A DNA stretch of 64,000 bases from Eledone cirrhosa (Eukaryota), in the NCBI GenBank assembly GCA_964016885.1, contig OZ024756.1:7068001-7132000 (forward strand), written 5' to 3'. The position numbers and the translations under genes were made by a program. Positions 27,609 through 41,732 of the stretch are shown here, one piece after another. The notes beneath the pieces were generated by a model, which saw nothing but the letters and a program-made list of their open reading frames with translations, ran no database searches and was not told the DNA's origin. Every line of letters begins with the position of its first letter. The first letter of the stretch is position 1.

Positions 27609-27610
<2 letters not shown>
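27419..27610 (+). mobile_element. Shorter fold-back of the same family
   Basis: Arms 27419-27471 and 27477-27530 plus extension to 27610; GAAACGGCT..AGCCGTC-GGGGT. Confidence 0.8.
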
Positions 27611-27665
<55 letters not shown>

Positions 27666-27711
27666 GCGCCTGTACGTGTGTGAATATATGAGTGCGAGTG
27701 TCACGCACTTT

Positions 27712-27751
<40 letters not shown>

Positions 27752-28264
27752 AGTGTGTATGTGTTTCGTAGATCGATCTTTCTATATGTACATAAGCACA
27801 AACATGTAAATGAGATTACTTCTGAAGGAAGATTTCTTAAAGATTATGTATATTAAATGAATGTAAAGTAGAAATACAGAGTCGAACGACATATAGGTCC
27901 CCACTAATTACCACATCGTTACACGCATACCCTGATATATATGTGTGTGTGTGTGTGTGTGTATGTGTGTATGTGTGCGCGCGTGTGTGTCTGTGTACAT
28001 ATAATAGACATCACACCGCCCAGCCTGTTTTACTATTTCTCTCCTTTCTATAGTTTTTTTTCCTTTTCAGCTAAACCCTGGCACACTCTATATTATTCTT
28101 TGTGTAATTTGTCTAAAGGGCAGGCATAAGTTAAGTCTGCTTACTTTGTAGAATCGAAACCTTTGTGATTTCCAGAGGTTAGCTGGGGAGATGGGACTGT
28201 CCGTCTTTCCGTTGAGTTTTCCCATTTTCTTTGTTCTATTTTGAATATCTATATCTATATATAC

Positions 28265-28329
<65 letters not shown>

Positions 28330-28522
28330 TGTGTGTGCGTGCGTGTGTGTGTGCATGCGTGTGTGTGCATGCGTGTGTGTGCGTGCGTGTGCGTGTGCGT
28401 GTGCGTGTGTGTGTGTGTCCAGGGCGTGTAACGGGAAGTTACTGTAAGTTCACCCAGGGCAGCACTCGATGTTTAGATTCACGTCCGTAGCGAGGTTTAG
28501 AGCTAAACAGAGTGTAATATAA

Positions 28523-28630
28523 TAATTGTTTCTACATTTGGCACAAGGCCAGCAATTACCCAGTACGTTACTGGTACTTTATTTTATCGACCCCGTAAGG
28601 ATGAAAGGCAAAGTCAACCTCGGCGGGATT
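28523..28630 (-). mobile_element. SINE 3' half
   Basis: Reverse complement of the SINE body; another minus copy at ~29030-29180. Confidence 0.8.
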
Positions 28631-28636
28631 TATATA

Positions 28637-28863
28637 ATAATACAAGGACGATTTGTTAAGCTTTCATTTCGTTTACTGATTTGTGACGCGCGTTTCGTTA
28701 TTGATCATCTCAAGGTTCGATCTGTGTCGATTTGGGCCGACTCTAGAATCGAAAACTCGGGTTTGGATTCCTGAGTCGGGCCAGATCGAACCTTGAGCTG
28801 ATCAATAGCGAAACGCGCGTAACCAATCAATAAACGTAATGAACACGTAACAAATCGTCCTTG

Positions 28864-28868
<5 letters not shown>
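28637..28868 (+). mobile_element. Diverged fold-back mini-element with hammerhead 3' half
   Basis: tacaaggacgatttgtta...taacaaatcgtccttgta inverted arms; right arm GC-GAAAC-GCGC-GTA (palindromic ACGCGCGT). Confidence 0.65.
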
Positions 28869-28942
<74 letters not shown>

Positions 28943-30319
28943 CAGCCGTATGTGGTTGATGGCTGAGAGAAAAGATTACTCAATGCCGAGGTAGAATTTT
29001 AATATTCATTTTATTAAGGCCAAATATAGGTTTCTTATATAGGCACAAGGCCAGCAATTTTTTTTTTTTGGGGGGGGGGGGGGGTTCGATTAAATCGACC
29101 CTAGTGCATTACTGGTACTTTGTTTTATCGACCCCGTAAGTATGAAAGGCAAAGTTAAACGCGGCAGGATTTGAACTCAGATTATAATTCAAATTCCGCC
29201 GAGAGAGAGAGAGAGCAAGAGAGAGAGAGATGTATTTTGAGACGGACTTCTGCAGTTTTCGTTTACGAAATTACATCCACATGATATTGGTCAAAATGAG
29301 GCTATAGAAGACATAATTAACTTCCCCATCTCCACAAATTGGTAGCCCTGTGTCCACACTGGACATCATTACATTTAGTTTAAGTTTATTTTGACAAGTA
29401 ATAAAACACTTCAATATATCTAGGGAGAAGTATTGTGAAGATGGAATTTTCTGGGGGTCACAAAAATATTCCTTATTCCTCGTACGTGACTTCAGCTCAC
29501 TGTGAGTGAACCTATAAATATATATTTCACGTATTATTCGTTCTTGCCATTTGCTGTAGTTTATGACCACCTCGTAAGAGTAAAAATTGTTTATATTACG
29601 AAGCAAGGGATCTGCATTCTGTGTAAAGTATAACAAAAGGCAATGTGAAATCTATCCCAGAACACTTGCTAAAATATTTTCCCACTAATTCATGGTTTGT
29701 TATTTTTGTCGTCGATAGAGTAAAGGTCATGAATTCTTGAAGGGAACAGTCTGTTTCCTGCTGTCATTATCCTGGAAACCTAATAGCGATTCCTTACCAG
29801 AAGAAGGTCATCGCACCAGGTAAGTATTTTACAACTATTAGATACGTTGTCATAATACTTTTTGTTTATTTTCCCACTCCGAGTAATTTTTTAACTCTCT
29901 GTTGTCATAGGTGGGCTCCCTAAGTTGTCCTTTCTTACTAAATCGTCTAGAATTTCAAACTACCACATTTCTCACCAATAGACAGCGGTACTTTTGTTAT
30001 TCTTAAAGAATCTGGTAGAGCTATGGAAACAAATTGTTTTATTTTGTGTATATACATCTATTAGTATCAGTATACTTATACGAGAATGTATTTGTGAAAG
30101 CAAATGCACGTGTATATGTTTAACTGATAGTCGATTTATATTTATAGTGTGTGTGTGAGTACGAATGTTATTAGTCGCAATATTATATACAATTATTGTC
30201 GAGTGTTTTAACACAGGTTGGAAATGTCTGTATTTCTGGGTATGTTTGTTCATTAATATGAACACCAGGCTGTAAATATATAGCCTATCTATGTATTGCA
30301 ATGTTATATGTAAATTGGA

Positions 30320-30630
30320 GAGAATCATGCTTAACATCACCTTATGTGACAGACAGAGGAACACCTGGATATGACAATAGATTGGAGTGAAGGACATGGT
30401 TGAAAGCATCAAGAAGGGCAAACAAAGACGGGGTCGCCATGGTTCTCATTTCAGAGACAACAGCTGGACAATTAAAATGGCAGAGTGGACACCAAGGCAG
30501 TGAAGAAGAACTAGCGCACGGCCAATACGACGATCTGACTCGATACCTCAGCCCTCACATGGCCCAATGTTGCCAGAGATAGGAAGCGATAGAGAGCAAT
30601 AAATGAGGAGTTTCTCCAACAGGTGTGAGA
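30320..30630 (+). pseudogene. Old RTE-type LINE C-terminal fragment
   Basis: RNTWI..GVKDMVESIKKGK..GRH..RDNSWT..AEWTPR..R..ARP matches the RTE C-terminal pattern (WAGH..R..DNRWT..W.PR..R..GRP); stops present. Confidence 0.65.
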
Positions 30631-30775
30631 AGGCTCTGGATTGAGATTTAATTTGGTTTTGTGGATATTTAAACTGTCTCAATGTCAAATATGTGTGACT
30701 TTCAATTTGTCGAACACAGGAAAGAGACTCGGCTACAATCAATTCTGATAGAGAATATTGAATCATATCTCAACT

Positions 30776-30890
30776 ATATACACTATATACACTATACATA
30801 CTATATACACTATATACACTATACATACTATATACACTATATACACTACACACTATATACACTACACACTATATACACTACACACTATAC
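30776..30890. repeat. 9-bp-based tandem repeat (tacactata)n
   Basis: Direct reading of the sequence. Confidence 0.85.
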
Positions 30891-31086
30891 TCACGATACA
30901 CACTTTCATTTGTTACAGTGTTGAAATGATAGTGTAACTAATATGGGTTCCATGTTGGGATTCAGTTCTATTTGCAACAGAATTTAATTCTCATTGCAGT
31001 ACAGACAGGTAATACATTTTCCTATTTAAGAGATATGACGTGTGTATATGTATGCTTATATGTGTATGTATGTATGTATGTATGTA

Positions 31087-31170
<84 letters not shown>

Positions 31171-31173
<3 letters not shown>

Positions 31174-31533
31174 GATATTAACAAATGGAAACTATATTTA
31201 TAAAACCATATCTATTCTATTATACATATTTCAAGGATACCATGTTAAATTATGGTATGCTTTCATCAGACAAAATACAATATATACCAGTTTTATAAAT
31301 AAATATTGACATACCCATTATAAAACTTGTATATATTGTATTTTGTCTGATGAAAGCATACCATAATTTAACATGGTATCCTTGAAATATGTATAATAGA
31401 ATAGATATGGTTTTATAAATATGGTTTCAATTTGTTAATATCGTATATTTACTCCAAATACTTGTCGAGTGCTTTATATCAGTTATAAAAATATTTGCTT
31501 GTTGTATCCCAACAATTTAAATAGAACTTTTGC
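31171..31533 (+). mobile_element. Asymmetric fold-back mini-element with intact hammerhead (31349-31403)
   Basis: Arms ~31171-31298 and 31318-31446, extension to 31533. TATTTTGT-CTGATGA-aag c ATACCAT..ATGGTAT c ctt-GAAA-TATGTA-TA-ATAGAATA. Confidence 0.8.
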
Positions 31534-31557
31534 ATATATATATATATATATATATAT

Positions 31558-31729
31558 ATAGATGAGATTCTACAGGACTAGAACTGTTTCATTCATTAGA
31601 AATTGATGATTTCTAATGAATGAAACAGTTCTAGTCCTGTAGAATCTCATCTATATTAAAACTGTTATACTCTGCTATGTATTGAGTACCTTACTTACTG
31701 TGGTTACCTCCGATTCAACCCGGAATAAC

Positions 31730-31735
<6 letters not shown>
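31558..31735 (+). mobile_element. Fold-back mini-element, family of 20538-20726
   Basis: Perfect arms gatgagattctacaggactagaactgtttcattcattagaaat / atttctaatgaatgaaacagttctagtcctgtagaatctcatc. The apex falls in TGATGA. Confidence 0.8.
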
Positions 31736-31769
<34 letters not shown>

Positions 31770-31864
31770 CACACACACACATATATATCCTAGAAACGAT
31801 CGTAAAATGATGAATTTTTTTATATAAGGAACTGTTTCTTTGTTCTTATTCATTGTTTTTATTA

Positions 31865-31905
<41 letters not shown>

Positions 31906-32187
31906 AATATATACATGTATATATATTGATAGATACATATAGATATATACATATCGAGAGAGAGAGAGAGATGAAGAGTGTATAATCTAATATATATCCC
32001 AGTTTAGATATATCATATGTCTCTCTACAGTTTTTCTTATACAATGAAATACTATGGAAGACATTATCAAATGATGTCGAGTCAGCACTTGATATCGTCA
32101 TTAGTTCGCTCAACAAATATTTGTACAGACTTACATAGTGCAGAACTTGATTGAAAGAAACTCTAGAACTGTGCTGCCGTTGGCATC

Positions 32188-32907
32188 GCCATCTTCTTGG
32201 ATATATACCATACAATGTCACACCACCATCTTGGATATATACCATACCATGTCACACCACCATCTTGGATATATACCATACCAAATCACACCACCATCTT
32301 GGATTTATACCATACAATGTGACACTACCATCTTCTTGGATATATACCATACCATGTCATACCACCATCTTGGATAAATACCATACAATGTCATACCACC
32401 ATCTTCTTGGATATATACCATACAATGTCACAGCACCATCTTGGATATATACCATACAATGTCACACCACCATCTTGCATATATACCATACAATGTCATA
32501 CCACCATCTTCTTGGATATATACCATACCATGTCACACCACCATCTTGGATATATACCATACAATGTCATACCACCATCTTCTTGGATATATACCATACC
32601 ATGTCACACCACCATCTTGCATATATACCATACAATGTCATACCACCATCTTCTTGGATATATACCATACCATGTCACACCACCATCTTCTTGGATATAT
32701 ACCATACCTTGTCATACCACCATCTTGGATATATACCATACCATGTCACACCACCATCTTGGATTTATACCATACAATGTCATACCACCATCTTGGATAT
32801 ATACCATACAATGTGACACTACCATCTTGGATATATACGGTACAATGTGACACTACCATCTTGGATATATACCATAAAATGTGACACTACCCTCTTGGAT
32901 ATATACC
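32188..32907. repeat. 34/37-bp minisatellite
   Basis: Unit caccatct(tct)tggatatataccatac(a/c)atgtca(c/t)ac, about 20 copies. Confidence 0.92.
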
Positions 32908-33093
32908 GGGTGGTAGATTGGCAGTATCGGTAGAGAGTCGGACGCCATGCTTTCCCGCATAGTTACGTCTCTTTATGGTCTGAGTTCAAATCCCGCCGAG
33001 GTTAACTTTGCGTTTTACGGAGTCGATAAAATAAAGTACCAGTAATACACTGGCATACTTTCTGGCCTTGTGCCAAAAGTAGAAACAATTAAT
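32908..33093 (+). mobile_element. tRNA-derived SINE
   Basis: ttggcagtatcggtagagagtcggacgccatgc...gagttcaaatcccgccgagg... Confidence 0.85.
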
Positions 33094-33777
33094 TATGGGA
33101 AAAAGGGTATACAGCACTGAACTATATGCACCGCGGCACCAAGCTGGTGGTGGTGGTGGTACTGGTGGTAATGGAGTTGATAGCGGTGGTGGTGGTGGTG
33201 GTAGTGGTGGTGTTGGTGTTAGAGGGGATGGAGTTGGTGGTAATGATGTCGTCATCCCCATCATCATCATCGTCGTCATCATCAGCATCGTCGTCATTAT
33301 CATCATTCTTCTCTTCATTATCAGCAACACCATCGACGCAACGTTTTCCCATCACAACCATCATACCCAGCACCACCACCACCACCACCTTCAAAACCAC
33401 CGCTACCACCATGAAACATCACACCCGCCACCCCCATCAACATCACCCACCACCACGCCCATCAACATCACCCTCAACCCCACCCCCATCAACATCACCC
33501 ACCACTACCACCATCAACATCACACACCCAACCAACCCCATCAACATCACACACCCCACCACCCCCATCAGCATCACCCACCACCCCTATCAACAAGTGT
33601 GATACACAGAAACATTAGTGTATGCAGTTCTGTTCCCATGCCAACACAAGGGCAAGGATGAAGAGTTCATTCTACTGACATGGCTATAAACAAGAGGCTG
33701 TTTGCATAATTGCAAACGAATCCAATATTATTATTAATATATATATATAGTTATGTAATAAACAATATAAGATAATT

Positions 33778-33839
33778 ATTTCATTTACCAATGGTTTCTT
33801 GAAAGCAAACAAATTTGCTTTCAGTCATAAGAATGAAAT
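33778..33839 (-). ncRNA. Hammerhead-like motif (G5U variant)
   Basis: Reverse strand ATTTCATT-CTTATGA-ct-GAAAGC..GCTTTC-aa-GAAACC-ATT-GGTA-AATGAAAT; perfect 8-bp stem I. Confidence 0.55.
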
Positions 33840-33869
33840 ATCCTGGTGTTTTTCAATCTGATGACACAA

Positions 33870-33979
33870 ACGAAGACGGGTGATCTGCATTACGTTGAGT
33901 ACTCTCCATAATATTACATCGATATTGACCATACGGAATGACCAGTTCTATCCAGTGGTGAACCAACAAACCTAAATAA

Positions 33980-33980
<1 letters not shown>
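33870..33980. repeat. Interspersed repeat, also at ~7200-7272 and inverted at ~35270-35400
   Basis: Shared aatattacatcg..ttga(c/t)catacggaatgaccagttct. Confidence 0.75.
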
Positions 33981-34014
<34 letters not shown>

Positions 34015-34076
34015 AATGTGGTAAAATACATATATATCTACATATATATATATATAAAGAGAGCGAGAGAGAGAGG

Positions 34077-34140
<64 letters not shown>

Positions 34141-34702
34141 GTACATAGAGATTCATTGATATATACATACATTTCCACTTATACCCACATACTTATACAC
34201 GGTAGAAAACTAATAACAAGCTATTTACTATTTTTCAGCTGTTTTACGATAATTCTGCAAAATATAACATGTGCAGCCCCTTTAGAAATTGGTCATTCTC
34301 TCAGATATGTGGCTATGATTTACGAAAGAATGATAGATCTAGAAAGTTCTGTGGCATTTCCCATCATTCTAATGCTTGAGATACGACGTTGACGTTCTTT
34401 AGGAATTTTAAAGACCTTATCCTAATTTCTGAAATTCTTTATCATTTCAACAAAATTAATATAGGCAGGTCAATTCATTTGCTTGCCTAAGAATTCAGTT
34501 TCGTTTAAATAAATAAAGATTTTATGAGATCGATATCTATTCTAGTTCGTAGTTTCCTCTCACAACCGTACAGTCGCAAGTTCGACTTCAGCTGTTGCCT
34601 TATGTCCATGAACAAAACATTTAATTTTATATCCAGGCCAATCAGATGTTTAAAAATGAGTAGTAATTGAATTCAAAGAGTTAGCATTTTTATACGCTTG
34701 AC

Positions 34703-34910
34703 AGTGGATTGGCAGTGTCGGTAGAGTGTCGGACACCATACTTTGCAGCATAGAGTTACGGCCTTTTACGGTCTGAATTGAAATGCCGCTAAGGTTAACT
34801 TTGCCTTCCATCCTTACTGGGTCGATAAAATAAAGCACCAGTAATGTATTGGGGTCGATTTAATCGTCTTCCCCCCACTAAAATGACTGGCCATATGCCT
34901 ATAGTAGAAT
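34703..34910 (+). mobile_element. tRNA-derived SINE
   Basis: gtggattggcagtgtcggtagagtgtcggac...aggttaactttgccttccatcc...; other copies at 8413-8515, 35790-35853, 38625-38740 (-), 39470-39560 (-), 39796-40010 (+). Confidence 0.8.
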
Positions 34911-35216
34911 CATTTCTTTGCCTAGGGGCTTGTCAAAGTTTACAGATCTCTGTAGAGAGTAGAAGTTTTCAAACTTTTGGGGCCACCGCACCCTCATGGG
35001 CACGTAAGACGCTCAATTAAAAACCACACGCGTTATAGCGCGTTATTTGCGCAAATTGAATATTTAATATTTTATCAAGACGCGTTAAAGCGAATTCGCG
35101 TACTTCAAGTTCGCGTACAAAGCGAAGTGACTGTCTAATGATTTCTACTTTAGGCACAATGCCAGCAATTTGTAGGGGAGTGAAAGTCGATTAAATCGAC
35201 CTCAGTTCTTAGTGGT

Positions 35217-35268
<52 letters not shown>

Positions 35269-35398
35269 CCATTAAGTTTTGTTGGTTCACCACTGGATAG
35301 AACTGGTCATTCCGTATGATCAACCTCGATGTAATATTAGGGAGAGCACTCGACGCAATGCAACTCACCCGTCTTCGTTTGTGTTGTTGGTGGTGCGA

Positions 35399-35448
<50 letters not shown>

Positions 35449-35494
35449 TACATACACACATATATAATTATACATACATATGTATGTATTACAA

Positions 35495-35548
<54 letters not shown>

Positions 35549-35592
35549 CAAACACACATATGTATATACACATACGTATGTATTCATTACAT

Positions 35593-35629
<37 letters not shown>

Positions 35630-36332
35630 CATACGTATGTAGGCATTACAAATACAAACACTTTATATATAGCTTATAAATACTTGGATCTATCCATTAG
35701 AATCTTTGAGCAATATTCTACAGAGGCTATGGCGCATGTTTCTCAGACATGACATCCTTAATTTAATTTTGGTTTTATTTATATATATATAAATAAAGTA
35801 CCAGTAATGCACTGGTGTAATTCCCGGCCTTGTGTCAAAAGTAGAAACAATTATATATATACATATATATATATTTAGCAATATACTCTATGCTTAATTA
35901 AAAACATTTTGAAGTCCTTGCGCTATTATTTTAAAGTAGTGACTATGTCACTTACTTCTTTTTTCAACAAACAAAGGGAGATAAGCTGACAGATCTGTTT
36001 CACACTGTTGGTGATGATCAGAGCTTAGCACTCGCCGATGTTTGTTGAAAATTATAGATGCTGGATTCTTATAGAATTCCAGTAATAATCAGGAACTGAT
36101 TATACAGAGCGATTGCCGTCCCCAAAAAACTGAAAATTAGGATTGGTGTTCGGAAATAGCGATGTATACATGAATATATGTATAGTATATTTGGCAATAC
36201 ATTGTATGCTTAATTAAAAACATCTTGAAGACCTTGCGCTATTATTTTAAAGTAGTGACTATGTCACTTACTTCTTTTTTCAACAAGCCTCGATTTTACT
36301 AAGCTTCCACTTGTATATATATATATATATAC

Positions 36333-36434
<102 letters not shown>

Positions 36435-36824
36435 CTGTAGTGAAGGGGTTTGCTTCGCAACGAAGAGTTTTCAGATCCATTACTACAACGTGACAGTTTG
36501 TCTAAGTAGAATATTCCGTTCATTGATCAAAGGGAAGAAGTGTCATCGTCGAAATTAACTGAGGACCATTGTACAGAGTCGAGGGGTGTGGGTTATAGAG
36601 GTTATAGGGCTAGGGTAAGAAAGGGTTGGTAGATGTTGAAAGAGATTCGTGTTGAGTGTAAATTAAAATATGTCGTGTCGAAGCAGTGGTGGGGGAGGAT
36701 GATATTACTACACCTGCAGTTATCTGACAGGAAGTTTCTAGATGTCCACACGTCACTAGTCTGGCTTCCTAATGTTGCTGTTACTGTAGCTGTGGTAGTT
36801 GTTTATAGGTGGTGGGGGGGGGGG

Positions 36825-37440
36825 GGGTTAGAGCTTGTGATGGTATTGGTGGTGGTGGTGGTAAGGTAGATGGTAGAGATTGCCGAGGTGGTGGTGTTGG
36901 TGGTGGTGGTATGGTGGTGGTGGCATGATGGTGGTGGTGAGATGTTAGAGCTTGTGATGGTATTGGTGGTGGTGGTGGTGGGGTGAGGTGTTAGAGCTTG
37001 TGATGGTATTGGTGGTGGTATCGTTAAGGTAGATGGTAGAGATTGCCGTGGTGGTGGTGTTGGTGGTGGTGGTATGGTGGTGGTGGCATGATGGTGGTGG
37101 TCAGATGTTAGAGCTTGTGATGGTATTGGTGGTGGTGGTGGGGGGGGGGTTAGAGCTTGTGATGGTATTGGTGGTGGTATCGGTAAGGTAGATGGTAGAG
37201 ATTGCCGTGGTGGTGGTGTTGGTGGTGGTGGTATGGTGGTGGTGGCATGATGGTGGTGGTCAGATGTTAGAGCTTGTGATGGTATTGGTGGTGGTGGTGG
37301 TGGGGGTGAGGTGTTAGAGCTTGTGATGGTATTGGTGGTGGTGGTGGTAAGGTAGATGGTAGAGATTACGGTGGTGGTGGTGGTGGTGGTAGTGGTGGTG
37401 GTGGGGTTGGGGTGTTAGAGCTTGTATTGGCATTGGGGGA
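36825..37440. repeat. G-rich compound minisatellite (gttagagcttgtgatggtattggtggtgg...), followed by (AGT)n at 37665-37965
   Basis: Direct reading of the sequence. Confidence 0.85.
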
Positions 37441-37664
37441 GGTGGTGGTAGTGGTGGTAGGGTAATTCGTAATGGTGGTGGTGTGTAAGAACTTGTGATT
37501 GTGGTGTTAATCTTGGTAGTGATGGTAGTGGTGGTAAGGTAGAGGGTAGTGGTGATAGCAAGGTAAATGGTAGTGATGGGGGTGGTGGTAGGTAGAGGGT
37601 AGTGATAGTAGTGATGGTGTCTAGTGGTGGTGGTGTTAATAATATTGACTATGATGACATTGAT

Positions 37665-37697
<33 letters not shown>

Positions 37698-37726
37698 CAG
37701 TGGCAGTACTAGTAGTAGTGTTGGTG

Positions 37727-37811
<85 letters not shown>

Positions 37812-37868
37812 CAGTGGTAGTTGTAGTAGCAGTGGTAGTAGTAGTAGTAGTAGTAGTAGCAGTAGTGT

Positions 37869-37899
<31 letters not shown>

Positions 37900-37921
37900 T
37901 GTAGTAGTAGAAGCAGTGCTT

Positions 37922-37966
<45 letters not shown>

Positions 37967-38337
37967 AAGGTAGTCGTGGTGTACGTTCATAAATAGAGAG
38001 AGAGAGAGAGATAGTGGTTGTGAGAGAATATATTGAAAGAGAGAAGAGACATAGAGTGAGAGAGAAGGAGACGTTGAAGGAAAATGGAAGAGGGAGAGGG
38101 AGAGAGAGAGCTGATGGTATTTGTTGAATCAAATTATAACAGGTGACTTCAAAGAATCGAATACAGCATTACTGGATCTAACTTGAATTTGGTGACTGAA
38201 TATTAAGTCATATATATCATATATTTCACGTTGCTCCTTCTACCTGGAGTTGCGACCGATAGATAGTATTAGCAGTTGGAAAGACCAAAGGAAACATTGT
38301 TTCCCCGGTCCGATTTGACGAAAGTCGATCGTTTGGT

Positions 38338-38552
38338 GAAGGCGTGTGGCTGAGCGGTTAGAGAATTGGATTCGCAATCGAAAGGTTGTGAGTTCGATTC
38401 CTGGACCAGGCGATGCGTTATGTCCTTGAGCAAGACGCTTTATTTCACGTCGCTCCTTCTACCTGGAGTTGCGACCGATAGATAGTATTAGCAATTGGAA
38501 AGACCAACGGAAACATTGTTTCCTCGGTCCGATTTGACGAAAGTCGATCGTT
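38338..38552 (+). mobile_element. Second tRNA-derived SINE family with CORE/V-like central domain
   Basis: ggcgtgtggctgagcggttaga (A box), gagttcgattcc (B box), tgtccttgagcaagacgctttatttcac; 3' part duplicated immediately upstream at 38222-38333. Confidence 0.7.
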
Positions 38553-39051
38553 CCTTATATATCATATAACTTGTGTTAGGACAGGATGTATGCTTTGTGA
38601 AGGCACCGGTAGCACATAATAATAATAATTGTTTCTACTTTAGGCACAAGGCCAGCAATTACCCAGTGCATTACTGGTACTTTATTTTATCGACCCCGTA
38701 AGGATGAAAGGCAAAGTCAACCTCGGCGGGATTTGAACTCATATCGTAAGGGACGTATAATAATGAAATTATTGTGTAAAGTGCTCGTCGAAAACTGAAG
38801 ACGTTTAATATGAACCCTTTCGAGTATCTCCTGACCAGGATTGAACCCCAGACCAGGACCTCCACCGGCTCTGGGATCTCCCACCAGACCACCGTGAAGG
38901 CTATATGATTCAGAATAAAAGAATTCACAGCATCAGTAAAACCCATATAAATGTGTATGTATGCGTTTATGTGCGTGTGTATATGGGAGTTATAAATTGT
39001 ACATACATATATATATATATATATAGGTGTATGTGTGAGTGTGTATGTGTG

Positions 39052-39120
<69 letters not shown>

Positions 39121-39188
39121 CATGTACTGAGTTCCTTGCTGTGGTTATCCCCGATTAAACCCGGGAGTCTCACACACACACACACACT

Positions 39189-39220
<32 letters not shown>

Positions 39221-39230
39221 TAGTGGTAAA

Positions 39231-39293
<63 letters not shown>

Positions 39294-40205
39294 CTTGTGA
39301 CCAGATGGTTAGTGTGATTGTAAGGTCATGCTTTTAGTTTCCTGTCTTCGTGTCACGTTATGTCGTTGTATAAGACCCTTTATTTCCACATTCTATGAAA
39401 GACTGCAGAAGTCTTCCATACATTTACTACAGAAACATTAAATCAAAGAAAAGCAGCAAAGAATTCGGTAATAATTGTTTCCACTGTTTGGCGCAAGGCC
39501 AGCAATTCCCCCGGTGTATTACTGATACTTTATTTTACCATTACTGGTAAAATAAAGTATCAGTAATAGTTGTAGTTGTAGTAGTAGTAGTAGACACACA
39601 CACATACACACACACACACATACACTCGCACAGACACACACACAGACACACACACCGACACACACACACACAGACACACACATACACTCACACAGACACA
39701 CACACACACAGACACACACATACACTCACATACAGTAATGAACTGGGATATTTGATGGTCTTGGACCGAAAAGAGGACACAATTATTATACACATATGGA
39801 TGGGCAGAATCGGTAGAGTGTCGGACAACATGCTTAGTGGCGTAGAGTTACGGCCCTTTGCGTTCTGAGTTCAAGTCCCTCAGAGGTTAGCTTTGCCTTT
39901 CTTCCTTTCGGGGTCGATAAATGAAATAAAGTAACAGTAATGATTTGGAGTCGATCTAATCGATGTTCCCCTCGCCCAAAGTTGCTGGTATTGCGCCTAT
40001 AGTAGAAATTATTTCTATACAAATTGTATGATGGAAACCTAACACAAGAGATCGAAATCGATTTTGGTTTTATAGTTGTTGTTGTAACAGAGTATGTTTA
40101 GTATTAAACAGTACAGTCTCACTCTACAGTTGGGGAATCATGTAAAACTGACGGAGTTCGTTACACACACACATACACACACACACACACACAAATATAT
40201 ATATA

Positions 40206-40304
<99 letters not shown>

Positions 40305-40445
40305 CACACGTATACATACTATATACACACATATATACATACTATATACACACATATATACATACTATACACACACACACAAACACACGTTTGCTTTGTT
40401 GTTTTTCATTTACATTTCGCATATTATATATATATATATATATTA

Positions 40446-40513
<68 letters not shown>

Positions 40514-40589
40514 CACACGTATACATACTATACACACACACACAAACACGTTTGCTGTGTTGTTTTTCATTTACATTTCGCATATTATA

Positions 40590-41500
<911 letters not shown>

Positions 41501-41701
41501 CACACACAGACACACACACACACAGACACATACACACACACACACAGAGACACACACACATACACACACATACACACACATACACACATACACACACTCA
41601 CACATACGCACATACACAGAGACACACAGACACACATACACACTCACACACTGACATACAATCACACAGACACAGACACACACACATTCGTACAGACACA
41701 G

Positions 41702-41732
<31 letters not shown>

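Noticed and set aside
32151-32884. 221-aa repetitive ORF (WIYTIPCHTT...)
   Set aside because: Product of the 34-bp minisatellite, with the same peptides cycling through all three frames
38338-38410. tRNA gene
   Set aside because: A and B boxes are present but the acceptor stem does not close, and it continues into a SINE core domain
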